Of a stretch of DNA of 64,000 bases, positions 51,517-61,476 are shown in pieces. Both the position numbers and the translations under genes were made by a program. The notes under the pieces were generated by a model. It did no database searches, was not told the DNA's origin, and worked only from the letters and a program-made list of their open reading frames with translations. Every line of letters begins with the position of its first letter. Positions within the stretch are counted from its first letter, which is position 1. This DNA is from Thermoplasmata archaeon. GTDB taxonomy: Archaea > Thermoplasmatota > Thermoplasmata > Lutacidiplasmatales > UBA184. The stretch spans positions 40,794 through 104,793 of the forward strand of contig JAKAWX010000001.1 in the NCBI GenBank assembly GCA_021816865.1. Direction: 5' to 3'.

Positions 51517-53949
51517 ATGGAACCTCGAGGCGAACGCAACGCGTTCGGGGCCCCGGGGATGCCGCCGCGCTGGTCGCACAGCAACAAGGAGGGCGTCGGG
51601 ACCGCCTACTCCGCCGATTCTCGGCTATGGTTCACCGTCTGGCGGGGGATCGTCACCGAGGTCTACTTTCCCCGAATCGACCGACCGCAGCTGCGCGACC
51701 TTGAGTTCCTGGTGACCGACGGGGAGACGTTCTTCCACGAGGAGAAGCGCCACCTTCCCACGATCACCGAGCGGCCCGCCGACCACGCCCTCGCCTACGA
51801 GACCCGGGCGGACGACCCCGAAGGCCGCTATCGCCTCCGCAAGTCGGTGATCGGCGACCCCCACCTTCCCTGCCTTCTGCTGCACACGCGCTTCGAGGTC
51901 CTGCGGCCCGAGCTCGAGCACCGGCTGCGCCTCTTCGTCCTGGCGGCCCCCCACCTCGACGTCTCGGGATGGGGGAACACGGCGACCGTCTACGACATCC
52001 TCGGGCAGCCGGTCCTCACCGCGGAGCACAACGGCGTCGCCCTCGCGCTCGCGAGCCGGCGTCCGTTCGTCCGCTCCTCGGTCGGCTACGTCGGGGCGAG
52101 CGACGGGTGGACCGACCTCGCCCAGCATCGGTCGCTCGCCTGGGAGTTCGACCGTGCCTCGAACGGCAACGTCGCGCTGACGGGGGAGATCCCGCACGAC
52201 GGACGGTCCTCGTTCACGCTCGGGCTCGCCTTCGGCGAGTCGGTGCCGGCCGCCGTGACGACGCTCTTCCAGTCGTTGAGCACGCCGTTCGAGGTCCACC
52301 ACCGCCGGTTCGTCGAGCAGTGGAACCGTTCGGCGATGCACGCGCTCCCGATCGACCGCGCCGCGCACGACCGGGGTCGCCTCTATCGCGCCAGCCGGTC
52401 GATCCTCCTCGCCCACGAGGACAAGGTCTTTCCGGGCGCCTTCATCGCGTCGCTCTCGATCCCGTGGGGTGCTTCGAAGGGAGACGAGGACCCGGGCGGC
52501 TACCACCTCGTCTGGACCCGGGACCTCGTACACACCGCCACGGCGCTCCTCGCCACGGGGAACATCGAGGCCCCCTTGCGGGCGCTCGTCTACCTCGCCA
52601 CACGCCAGCGACCCGACGGGGGGTTCCCTCAGAACTTCTGGGTCGACGGGACGCCGTACTGGCAGGGGATCCAGCTCGACGAGGTGGCGCTCCCGATCCT
52701 CCTGGCCGCGCGCCTACGTGCGGCGGGAGCCCTCGAGCAGTTCGACCCTCACCCGATGGTCCATCGGGCGGCGCGCTTCCTCATCGAGCACGGCCCCGCG
52801 ACCCAGGAGGACCGCTGGGAGGAGGTCGGGGGGTACTCGCCGTCCACGCTGGCCGCGTGCATCGCCGCGCTGACGGTCGTCGCCCATTTCGCGCGCGAGC
52901 GAGGCGACGCGACGACCGCGACGTTCGTCCAGGAGTACGCGGACTTCCTCGAAGCGAAGGTCGACCCTTGGACCACGACCCCGCGCGGCTCGCTGGTCGA
53001 CGGGGTGCCCCGGCACTACGTGCGCCTTCGTCCGGTCGCGGTCGACGACGTGGAGCCGGACGAAGGCCCCGACCTCGGGCTTCTCGCCCTCCCGAACCTC
53101 CCGCCCGGGGTGCCGAACGTCTTCCCCGCGAGCGAGGTCGTCGACGGCGGGTTCCTCGACCTCGTCCGCTACGGGATCCGACGGGCCGACGACCCGCTGG
53201 TCCGGGCGTCCGTCCGGGTGGTCGACGAGGTGCTGCGGGTCGAGACGCCGTTCGGGCCGGTCTGGCGGCGGTACAACCACGACGGGTACGGCCAACGGGA
53301 CGATGGGGGGCCGTTCGCCCGCTGGGGGGTCGGGCGGGGCTGGCCGCTCCTCACCGGCGAGCGGGGGATGTACGAGCTCGCGCTCGGACAGGACCCGGGG
53401 CCGTACCTCCGCGCCCTCGAACGGTTCGCGACCCCGACCGGGCTCCTCACCGAGCAGGTCTGGGACGCGGCCGACCGCCCGGCCCTCCACCTCGCCCTCG
53501 GCCGCCCGACCGAGGCCGCGATGCCCCTCGTCTGGGCGCACGCGGAGTACCTGACGCTCCTGCGCTCGGCCGCCGACGGGCAGGTCTTCGACCGCATCCC
53601 CGAGGTCACCGACCGCTACGTCCTCGACCGCCAAACCCGCTCGCCGCTCGAGGTGTGGAAGTTCAACCGGCGGCCGCGCACGATCGACCCGGGGGCTCGG
53701 CTGAGGGTGATCGCCGCCCAGCCGTTCCGACTGCACGCGAGCGACGACGGCTGGCGCAGCGCGATCGACGTCGACTCGACCGAGACGTCGCTCGGCCTCC
53801 ACTTCGCGGACCTCGCCGCGCTCGGCTCCGCCGGGCGGTCGTGGACGTTCACGTTCTTCTGGCCGCTCGCGGACCGCTGGGAGGGTGGGGACTACTCGAC
53901 GGTCGCGACCGAGCTCCCCGCGGCACCGGGCGACGTCACTCGACCCTGA
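51517..53949 (+). CDS. GH15-family glucoamylase/glucodextranase
   Basis: ORF 51493..53949. ATG at 51517 preferred (GAGG upstream); GTG at 51493 is possible. Motifs: NAFGAPGMPPRWS, YHLVWTRD, RWEEVGGYSPSTLAA, WAHAEYL. Confidence 0.85.
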   Translation: MEPRGERNAFGAPGMPPRWSHSNKEGVGTAYSADSRLWFTVWRGIVTEVYFPRIDRPQLRDLEFLVTDGETFFHEEKRHLPTITERPADHALAYETRADDPEGRYRLRKSVIGDPHLPCLLLHTRFEVLRPELEHRLRLFVLAAPHLDVSGWGNTATVYDILGQPVLTAEHNGVALALASRRPFVRSSVGYVGASDGWTDLAQHRSLAWEFDRASNGNVALTGEIPHDGRSSFTLGLAFGESVPAAVTTLFQSLSTPFEVHHRRFVEQWNRSAMHALPIDRAAHDRGRLYRASRSILLAHEDKVFPGAFIASLSIPWGASKGDEDPGGYHLVWTRDLVHTATALLATGNIEAPLRALVYLATRQRPDGGFPQNFWVDGTPYWQGIQLDEVALPILLAARLRAAGALEQFDPHPMVHRAARFLIEHGPATQEDRWEEVGGYSPSTLAACIAALTVVAHFARERGDATTATFVQEYADFLEAKVDPWTTTPRGSLVDGVPRHYVRLRPVAVDDVEPDEGPDLGLLALPNLPPGVPNVFPASEVVDGGFLDLVRYGIRRADDPLVRASVRVVDEVLRVETPFGPVWRRYNHDGYGQRDDGGPFARWGVGRGWPLLTGERGMYELALGQDPGPYLRALERFATPTGLLTEQVWDAADRPALHLALGRPTEAAMPLVWAHAEYLTLLRSAADGQVFDRIPEVTDRYVLDRQTRSPLEVWKFNRRPRTIDPGARLRVIAAQPFRLHASDDGWRSAIDVDSTETSLGLHFADLAALGSAGRSWTFTFFWPLADRWEGGDYSTVATELPAAPGDVTRP

Positions 53950-54703
53950 GCCACCGCGCCGAGACGTAGTAGCCGATCGCGAGCATCCCGACCGCGAAGA
54001 TGCCGAGGTAACCGAGATACTCCCACGGGATGGGCCGCCCGAGCACGAAACTGCGCCCGAGGAGGGCGCTGAACGTGATCGGGTTGACGTCCGAGATCGC
54101 CTGCATCCACGCCGGGAACTGACTCGAGGAGAACAGCGAGGCGCTCGCGAACATGAGCGGCATCGTGATGAAGTTCGAGACGACGCCCGGCGTCTGCCAG
54201 TCGGTCGACGGCGCCGTGACGGCCAGGAAGAGGCTCGAAAAGCCGATCGCGAGGCAGAAGAGGCCGGCGATCCACGCCGCCCACTCGAGGGGCGAGAGGC
54301 CGAACGACACGCCGAACGCGACGGCGGCCACCACCATGACGGGGATCTGGACGAGCCCCCGGGTCGCCGACCCGAGCGCCTTCGAGAGGAAGATGATCTC
54401 CTTCGACGTCGGCGTGATCAGGATCCGCTTCATGAAACCGAAGCGCTTGTCCTGGATCGTGCTCATCGAGCCGAACATCCCGACCGAGAGCATCGAGGTC
54501 GAGAGGACGCCCGGCAAGAGGAACTCGATGTAGTTCGTCGTCCCGAAGAGCCCCTTGAGGTAGATCGGGCTCACGTTGCCGAAGCTCGAGCCGAAGAACG
54601 CGAGCCACATGAACGGCTGGACGACCGTGATGAGCAGGACGAACGGGTTGCGGAAGGTGCGCAGGATCTCCCGGACGTAGAGGCCCCAGAACTGGCTCCT
54701 CAC
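53936..54703 (-). CDS. ABC-2 type transporter permease
   Basis: In-frame 255 codons of ORF 53936..56383 from the GTG at 54703 (GTGA overlap with the ATPase stop). Six hydrophobic segments. Confidence 0.85.
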   Translation of the reverse strand: MRSQFWGLYVREILRTFRNPFVLLITVVQPFMWLAFFGSSFGNVSPIYLKGLFGTTNYIEFLLPGVLSTSMLSVGMFGSMSTIQDKRFGFMKRILITPTSKEIIFLSKALGSATRGLVQIPVMVVAAVAFGVSFGLSPLEWAAWIAGLFCLAIGFSSLFLAVTAPSTDWQTPGVVSNFITMPLMFASASLFSSSQFPAWMQAISDVNPITFSALLGRSFVLGRPIPWEYLGYLGIFAVGMLAIGYYVSARWLRVE

Positions 54704-55695
54704 TGCCGGGCCCTCCGCATCTGCATGTAGAACTTCCGCACGTCGCGCATCGGTTCGTCCTGTCCGATGCGCCGGCCGGTGAGGTCGAGGAAGACCGTCT
54801 CGAGGCTCGGCTTTTCGACGCTGATGCGACGGATGTGGTCGGTCGGCACCCGGGCGAACAGGCGCGGCAGGAACTCCTCCGACGAGGCGACGCGGACCAC
54901 CCACTCGTTCCCCTGGGACCGCACTTCCTGCACGCCGGGAAGGTCCGAGAGGGCGCGGACGTCCACCCCGTCGGACGTCTCGAGCTCCACCAGGTCCGCC
55001 TTCACGCGCGCCTTGAGCTCCGACGGGCTCCCCTCGGCGATGATCCGGCCCTCGTCGATGATCGCGACGCGGTCGCAGAGCGCGTCGGCCTCCTCGATGT
55101 AGTGCGTCGTGAGGAGGACGGTGACCCCGAACTCCCGGTGGATGCCGGTGACGATGTCCCAGAGCATCCGGCGCGTGCCGACGTCGAGGCCGATCGTCGG
55201 CTCGTCCATGAAGATCACGCTCGGCTGGTGGAGGAGCGCGAGCGCGATCTCGAGCTTCTTGCGCATTCCGGTCGAGTAGTGGCCGACCTTGTCCTGGGCG
55301 CGGTCGGCGAGCGAGAAGTAGTCGAGGAGCTGGTGCGCCCGGTCCTCCCAGCCCGTGAGGGACTGGAGCTTCGCCTGGAGCCAGAGGTTCTCCCAGCCCG
55401 AGAAGTCGTCGTCGAGGATCACCTCGGCCGCGACCCACCCGATGCGGGCGCGGACCTCGAGGGACTGGCGACGGATGTCGAACCCGGCGACGGACCCCTC
55501 GCCGTCGGTGATCTCGCTGATGCCGGTGAGGACCTTGATGAGCGTGGTCTTTCCCGCGCCGTTCGGCCCGAGAAGCCCGAAGACGGTCCCCTTCGCGATG
55601 GAGAGGTTCACTCGGTCGAGGGCGAGCACGCTGCCGTCCCCCGTACCGTAACGCTTCGAGAGCCCGCGGAGCTCGATCGCCGGGGGGTCGGTCAT
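54700..55695 (-). CDS. ABC transporter ATP-binding protein
   Basis: In-frame 331 codons of ORF 54700..55959 from the ATG at 55695 (ATGA overlap with the PadR stop). Walker A GPNGAGKTT, signature YSTGMRKK, Walker B VIFMDEPT. Confidence 0.93.
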   Translation of the reverse strand: MTDPPAIELRGLSKRYGTGDGSVLALDRVNLSIAKGTVFGLLGPNGAGKTTLIKVLTGISEITDGEGSVAGFDIRRQSLEVRARIGWVAAEVILDDDFSGWENLWLQAKLQSLTGWEDRAHQLLDYFSLADRAQDKVGHYSTGMRKKLEIALALLHQPSVIFMDEPTIGLDVGTRRMLWDIVTGIHREFGVTVLLTTHYIEEADALCDRVAIIDEGRIIAEGSPSELKARVKADLVELETSDGVDVRALSDLPGVQEVRSQGNEWVVRVASSEEFLPRLFARVPTDHIRRISVEKPSLETVFLDLTGRRIGQDEPMRDVRKFYMQMRRARQ

Positions 55696-56243
55696 GGCCG
55701 CGGCCGGGCGGCGCGGGGGTTCGGTCGGGCCGCTCGCCGTACCGGCGGAGAGATCCTCTCCTCGGCCAGGCGGAGCTCCGTTCGGAGCTGGCGGCGGAGT
55801 TCCGGGCGGAGGCGGCCGGCCGCTGCCTCGCGCGCAAGGAACCGGGTCGCCCCGTCGAGCTGATGCTGCAACCGTCCGAGCAGGAACGCTCCCGGATCCT
55901 CGTGTCCCGCGATCTCGGACCACAGCGGGCCGATGTCCGGGCCCCCCCGGGCCCGCCACGCGATCCCCCGGCGCACGCGAGCGAGGAATGCCCGCCCCTC
56001 TCGGGTGATGCGGTAGACGCGCCGCCGCCCACGGTCGCTCGGGTGGGCCAGGTGGCGGGCGCGAAGCGACTCGAGCGCGGGGTAGATCGCACCGGCGCCG
56101 GGCCTCCAGGAACCGTCGGTCCGCTGGGCGATGCGTTCCGCCAGCTGATACCCGTAGAGGGGGCCCTCCCGTTCCATGACCGCGAGGGCGTAGAGACCGA
56201 CGATCCGGCCCGGGGACGGGCCGGGAGCAGGACGCTCGGGCAT
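55692..56243 (-). CDS. PadR-family transcriptional regulator
   Basis: ORF track, 183 aa. Motifs: LYGYQLAERIAQRT, GAIYPALESL, YRITREG. Confidence 0.85.
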   Translation of the reverse strand: MPERPAPGPSPGRIVGLYALAVMEREGPLYGYQLAERIAQRTDGSWRPGAGAIYPALESLRARHLAHPSDRGRRRVYRITREGRAFLARVRRGIAWRARGGPDIGPLWSEIAGHEDPGAFLLGRLQHQLDGATRFLAREAAAGRLRPELRRQLRTELRLAEERISPPVRRAARPNPRAARPRP

Positions 56244-56257
56244 ACTATCGGGTTATG

Positions 56258-56271
56258 TATCGAATTCGATA
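56258..56271. promoter_or_regulatory. Perfect 14-bp palindrome, candidate PadR operator
   Basis: TATCGAATTCGATA lies 15-28 nt upstream of the padR ATG (56243), embedded in the only A/T-rich stretch (TTATGTATCGAATTCGATATAAC) of the intergenic region. Confidence 0.5.
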
Positions 56272-56398
56272 TAACGCTTCTCGGGCGAATCTTCGGATCC
56301 GTGGGCCGACGCCGACGCGGTCCCCAGGGAGAGTGGGCCCGCGACCGCGTCGGTCCCGGGCGACGAGGCCGGAACGCCGCCAAGGCGCTGCATCCGGT

Positions 56399-57421
56399 CT
56401 ACCGGAGCCGGGTGAGGTCCAGCGTCGCGGCGTGGAGCGGCTGGGACCCCACCCCTCGCGCGACCGCCTGACGGAGACCGAGCGGCCGGAGCGGACGGCG
56501 GGCGAGGGCGCGGTCGAGGGCTTCGTCGAACGAGAGAAGGGTGAGAGGGATCCATCGGCGGATCTCGTTCTCGCGACAAACGACCTCCGTCGCCATGCCC
56601 TCGACCAGGAACCGGGCGACGTTCGCGGGCACCTCGGTGATGAACCCGACCCAGTGCGCCGAGAGGCCGGGCGTCAGCCACGGCAGGATCACAAGTCGCG
56701 AGCGGCGGCCCAGCCGGTCGCCGACCCGGTTCAAAAGCTCGTAGTACGGCAGCACGTCCGGTCCCCCGACGTCGAACGCGCGACCGATCGTCTCGGGCAC
56801 GGTGAGGGATCGGACCAGGTAGGCGACCAGGTCGTCGAGCGCGATCGGCTGGCACCGGGTCCGGATCCACCTCGGACAGAGCATGCCCGGCAGCCGTTCG
56901 ACGAGCTGGACCAGCATCTCGAACGAGGCTCCCCCGGCCCCGACGACGATCGCCGCCCGGAACGTCGTGAGGCGGGGTCGTCCCGACGCGAGGATCCGAG
57001 CGACCTCCCGTCGGCTCTCGAGGTGCGGCGACCGCCCTGGGGTGTCGTCCCCCAACCCCCCCACGTAGACGATCCGTTCGACCCCGGCCTCGTCGGCCGC
57101 ACGGAGGAGGTTCGCCGCCGCGACCCGGTCCCGAACCGCGAACGACCCCGTCCGGTCCGAGGAACCCATCGCATGCGCGAGGTAGTAGACGGTCCGGATC
57201 CCCCGGAGCGCCGGCGGAAGGGTCGCGGGCTCGAGCAGGTCCCCGACGACCCACTCCGTTCCGGCCGGGGGCGATGCCGGAGCCCGGCCCAAGGCTCGCA
57301 CGAACCCGCGGACGCGATGCCCCTCGCGCGCGAGCTGTTCCGTGAGCGCTCGACCCACGAAACCCGTGGCCCCCACGAGGAGGAGTTCCGCGCCGCTCGT
57401 CCGGCCCATGGGACTCGCCAT
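56399..57421 (-). CDS. NAD(P)-binding NmrA/atypical SDR-family protein
   Basis: ORF track, 340 aa. LLVGATGFVGRAL Rossmann motif; epimerase/NmrA-like length. Confidence 0.8.
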   Translation of the reverse strand: MASPMGRTSGAELLLVGATGFVGRALTEQLAREGHRVRGFVRALGRAPASPPAGTEWVVGDLLEPATLPPALRGIRTVYYLAHAMGSSDRTGSFAVRDRVAAANLLRAADEAGVERIVYVGGLGDDTPGRSPHLESRREVARILASGRPRLTTFRAAIVVGAGGASFEMLVQLVERLPGMLCPRWIRTRCQPIALDDLVAYLVRSLTVPETIGRAFDVGGPDVLPYYELLNRVGDRLGRRSRLVILPWLTPGLSAHWVGFITEVPANVARFLVEGMATEVVCRENEIRRWIPLTLLSFDEALDRALARRPLRPLGLRQAVARGVGSQPLHAATLDLTRLR

Positions 57422-57599
57422 GGTCGGCGAAGGAAAATCGCGCTATAGGAAAGCGGGACCCCTACGTCGTTCCGGGGTCCCCTCGGCGCCCGGGGGCGGA
57501 GTCGCGGAGGCGAGCCAGAAACGACGCCGTATCCATCCTCCGCCGACAACCTTCATCCGACAGAAGGCCCTGCGCCTTGGTTTGACCGGTGATCGTCCC

Positions 57600-59630
57600 A
57601 TGTCGGAGAGAGCCCGGGAGTTCGTGCGGGGTCGGGCCCGGTACGTCGATGACCTGCGGTTCCCCGAGATGCTCCACCTGAGGATCGTGCGCAGCATCTA
57701 CGCCCGGGCCCGGGTGCTAGGCGTTCGCGGAGCGATCGACGGCCACGAGCTGAAGGCGATTTTGCCGGCGAGCGGCGAGGGAGCTGGATCCGGGCCCATC
57801 GGGGTGAGCGAGCCGGCCCTCGCCCAAGGAGAGGTCCAGTACTTCGGACAGGCGGTGGGCGCGGTTGTCGCCCCCACCGTCGAGAAGGCCGAGGACCTGC
57901 TCGCCTCGGTCGAGGTCGACTACGAGCCGCTGACGCCCGTGCCGGATCTGCGCGCGGCTCGGTCGTCCCCTCCGATCCATGCAACCCTTCCATCGAACGT
58001 GATGGCCGAGTACGCGCTCGGCCCGCCGTTCGAGCCGCCGGCCGCACCGCTGGTTCTCGAGGACGAGTTCCACGTCGCCCGCGTGGCCGCGAACCCCCTC
58101 GAAACGAGGGGCGCGGTGGCGCGATTCGAATCCGGCCGGCTCACCGTCCACGCTTCGACGCAGTCCGTCTTCTCGGTCCGAGCCGGGCTCGCGACCGCCC
58201 TTGGCCTCGCCCCCGAGAACGTCCGTGTCCAAGAGGCCGACACCGGGGGAGCGTTCGGGTCCAAAGGCTCCCTCTACCCCGAGCACGTCATCGCCGCCTA
58301 CGTCGCAATGAAGACCGGCCGGCCGGTGAAGTGGGTGGAGACGCGAACGGAGCATCTCACCTCCTCCCGGCACGGGCGCGGCGCCGAGGCCCGCTTGCGC
58401 CTCTACGCCGAGCGGGACGGGACGATCCGGGCCCTCGAGGGCGACGTGGCGGTCGACGGAGGAGCGTATTTTGCCGGACTGAACGCGTTCTCGCCGCGAT
58501 TCATCGGCTTCCAGCTGACCGGCCCCTACGCGATCGAACGGGCGCACGTCCGGACGAAGGCGTTCTACACCAACCGGGTTCCGCTCGGACCCTACCGGGG
58601 CGCGGGCCGGCCCGAGGCCGCGTACTTCCTCGAACGAATGCTCGACCGCCTCGGGGACGAGACCGGGCTCGACGCGCTCGAGGTCCGTCGCCGCAACGCG
58701 ACCGCCGGACCGTTCCGCTCGCCCCTCGGCCTCGAGGTGGAGGCGACCCGGCCGTTCCTCGAGGAGGCCGCTTCCGCGCTCTCGTACGATGGGCGCCCGG
58801 CACCCGGGGTCGGCTTCTCGTTCTTCGTTCTCGTCCCGGCGTTCGGACCCGGCGAGGGCGCACGGCTGAAAGTTGAGGAGGGTCGCCTCCACGTTTGGGT
58901 CGGCTCCCACGACCACGGCCAGGATCACGGAGCGTGGCTCCGAGGTCTGCTCGTATCCGAGCTCGCCGTCCCCGAGGAGTCGATCGTGCTCGAGCGCGGC
59001 GACACGGACGCCCTCGACCGGGGGGTCGGAACGTGGGGGAGCCGCTCGGCGATGGTGGGCGCGGCGGCGGTGTGGAGCGCGGCACGGAAACTGCGCGCCT
59101 CCGTCGAATCCGAGAAGGGGCTGTACGACGTCCGGTACCTGCTCGACGGCCACGGGGACGTCACCGTGTTCGAGCCGCAGACCGGTCAATCGAACGCGCT
59201 CGGTGCGAATCTCGTGTGGGCGCACGCGGCCCCTTCGGGGGCGATCGAGGTTCGCGAGGTTCGGGCGTACTACGATGTCGGTCGAGCGCTCGATCGGTCG
59301 GCGATCGAGGCGCAGGTGGTGGGAGGCACCCTTCAGGCGGTCGGACAAACGCTCGGCGAGGAGATCGCGTACGACGACGCCGGCCAGGTCCGAACGATGA
59401 GCCTGGGCGACGCGGGGGTCGTCTCCGCGGCATCCGGCGTGCCGACGGTGGTCGGGATCGCCGAGCACCCCTCCCGTCTTCCGCACGGGGCTAAGGGCGT
59501 CGGCGAGGCGCCCACGATCGGAGTCCCACCGGCACTCGTGCGGGCCATAGAGACCGACACCGGCCGACGCTGGACGGACCTTCCCCTGCGCTCCCACGAC
59601 GTCTACCTGCGGCGCCCGGCCCGGCCGTGA
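57600..59630 (+). CDS. Second molybdopterin-dependent hydroxylase large subunit (aldehyde oxidase/xanthine dehydrogenase family), no adjacent small/medium subunits
   Basis: In-frame 676 codons of ORF 57342..59630 from the ATG at 57600 (MSERAREFVRGRARYVDD). Motifs: GGAFGSKG, PYRGAGRPEA, AKGVGEAP. Confidence 0.85.
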   Translation: MSERAREFVRGRARYVDDLRFPEMLHLRIVRSIYARARVLGVRGAIDGHELKAILPASGEGAGSGPIGVSEPALAQGEVQYFGQAVGAVVAPTVEKAEDLLASVEVDYEPLTPVPDLRAARSSPPIHATLPSNVMAEYALGPPFEPPAAPLVLEDEFHVARVAANPLETRGAVARFESGRLTVHASTQSVFSVRAGLATALGLAPENVRVQEADTGGAFGSKGSLYPEHVIAAYVAMKTGRPVKWVETRTEHLTSSRHGRGAEARLRLYAERDGTIRALEGDVAVDGGAYFAGLNAFSPRFIGFQLTGPYAIERAHVRTKAFYTNRVPLGPYRGAGRPEAAYFLERMLDRLGDETGLDALEVRRRNATAGPFRSPLGLEVEATRPFLEEAASALSYDGRPAPGVGFSFFVLVPAFGPGEGARLKVEEGRLHVWVGSHDHGQDHGAWLRGLLVSELAVPEESIVLERGDTDALDRGVGTWGSRSAMVGAAAVWSAARKLRASVESEKGLYDVRYLLDGHGDVTVFEPQTGQSNALGANLVWAHAAPSGAIEVREVRAYYDVGRALDRSAIEAQVVGGTLQAVGQTLGEEIAYDDAGQVRTMSLGDAGVVSAASGVPTVVGIAEHPSRLPHGAKGVGEAPTIGVPPALVRAIETDTGRRWTDLPLRSHDVYLRRPARP

Positions 59631-59682
59631 GCGGCCCTCGCCGCTCGATCGAGCGAGCCGGTCGGACGTCCCGGTCGGTCCG

Positions 59683-60138
59683 TCAGGCCTTCCCCGGCAC
59701 CGGGGCGGGCGGGATCTCGCCGGGCAGCGACTCCTTCTCGAACTCGTGGTCCTCCCACATGTCGTAAGCGATCGCGGCCGCCGCGACCTGGGTGATGATC
59801 GCGAGGGCGTTGACGGCGTGGAAGATCAGGATCAACCGGAAGACCGAGAAGTTGAGCCACGGCACGTTCCAGCCGCTACCGAAATCGACCCAGAGCAGGC
59901 CGCCGGTCACCAGCATGACGATCGACAGCCCGAACGTGGCGTTGGCGATCCGCTTCACGCGCCCCGGGACCCGGCTGTCGCGGAGCTGGCGGAGACTGTT
60001 GTAGACGACGCCGACGATGGCAACACCAAGGAGGAGATGTAAGTACGGAACGGAGGCCGGGGGGTCCGGCCACATCCCGAGGAGAATCTCGAAGAACACG
60101 ATCCAGATGCTCGCGTACACCGCCGCCCAGAGCCGCAT
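59683..60138 (-). CDS. Hypothetical integral membrane protein (about 4 TM)
   Basis: ORF 59683..60171; internal ATG at 60138 (MRLWAAVYASIWIVFFEILLG) preferred. Hydrophobic segments throughout. Confidence 0.65.
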   Translation of the reverse strand: MRLWAAVYASIWIVFFEILLGMWPDPPASVPYLHLLLGVAIVGVVYNSLRQLRDSRVPGRVKRIANATFGLSIVMLVTGGLLWVDFGSGWNVPWLNFSVFRLILIFHAVNALAIITQVAAAAIAYDMWEDHEFEKESLPGEIPPAPVPGKA

Positions 60139-61476
60139 CGATCCCGTCCCTCCGAAGACGGGCGGAGGCACCGCCCACCTGACGGCGCGAAGAACGGACG
60201 GACCAGGTATGTACCCTCGGTCAACCCGGGCCCACCAGCTCTGTCGCCGCCTGCCAGGGATGCCGCGAGTACGGCGCCGGGCCGGGGCCTGTACGTGGGC
60301 TTGTGCGCGACGGGGCCGGTGGCGAGCGCCCGCTATCCACCCGGCACCGCTCTACCGTGGAATCCCCCACCCTCTGCCCACCGGGCCCAGGGACCCGAGG
60401 AAGAACTCGGGGCCACGGGCCCGCGATCGGCCCCTTCGGCGGTACCCTCGTCGGCCACTTCGCGGGAGCCAAGCTTCACCCGTCGGACCCTGGCGAGCCG
60501 GAGGGACAGCACGGATTCTCGGGACGACGGCCGTGGTGCTTGCTCTCGTAGGTCGTGACCGAGCGCGACCGCCCGCACCCGTAGGGGGTGGGCCCGGAGG
60601 AGCCGGCGTGGTAGGGGGGTGAGTGGCTCTCGCTCGCAGATCACAAGTCATCTTGAGGGTGCCCGCCTCGTTCGCTGGATCGGACCCGGTGAGCCGACCG
60701 CATCCGTGAGCCCGATGGCGTCCGGACCTCAACCGGTCGCCACGGCCGTCGAGACGGTCGGAGCGAGGCGCAAACCACCGTTCTCCCCCCCACACTCGGC
60801 GGGGAAGCACGGGAGTCGGCCCGGCGGACGTGATACGCGAACTTCGCGACCGATGCGCAGAGGAAACGACCCTACCTCCGAGGATCGAGGCGCGAGGTAG
60901 CCGAGGCCGAGCCGAACAGCGGGACCTTATCACCCTCCCGAAGCTGAACCTTCGTACGGAGACCCGAGGAGATCCTCATGACCAAGACCCCCATACGGCG
61001 TCCGTCCCCGGCCGGAAAGAAACGACATCATAAGGTGCGCCAGCGAAGGATCTCGGCTCGACGCCGCCAAGTCCGGCTCGGTGGCGGGCGGCGCTGAGAC
61101 CGGGGCGACCGTCGGGGTTGAGTCCCCTCACCGTGCTTCCCGAGGCGAGGGTGAGGCGCGGGAGGGGTCTTCGGACCATGACCGGCCTCTTACGGCCGAC
61201 ACGGTCTGAGGGGAAGGTGGCCCGCCGTGCGACGCAGCCCCTTCGGATCGGGAACGACTTCTCCCCCCGAATGTTGGGGGTGAGTGTTCGCCCGGACCAC
61301 CCCCGAGCAGCCCTCAGGAGTGTTCCCGAAGTAGGGGGAGCCCCGCCGGCGGCGTACTCGCCTCGCGGTGTGGGCCGAGGTTCTGGGCGTCCGTCCGACG
61401 CACGTGCTCAGGAGTATCTTGAGAGTATCTTCGGCAACCATTCTTACGCCGGCGGGTCCTAGATGACTAGGAGCGG

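Noticed and set aside
60978-61097. A 39-codon ORF with an upstream GAGGAG, encoding the very basic peptide MTKTPIRRPSPAGKKRHHKVRQRRISARRRQVRLGGGRR.
   Set aside because: Its codon usage (ATA, CGT, GGA, AAA, CGA, CAT) is unlike the strongly GC3-biased genes of this contig, and it matches no small ribosomal protein I recognise. It is probably fortuitous.
60172-61476. I tried to identify RNase P RNA, SRP (7S) RNA, 5S rRNA, a group II intron (GUGYG start / domain V) or C/D-box sRNAs in the ORF-free region.
   Set aside because: By eye I could not find the conserved cores on either strand: GAGGAAAGUCC and ACAGAA-CCGGCUUA for RNase P, GGAA-tetraloop plus AGCA for SRP helix 8, a domain V hairpin, or RUGAUGA/CUGA boxes. 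The identity remains open and needs a covariance-model search.
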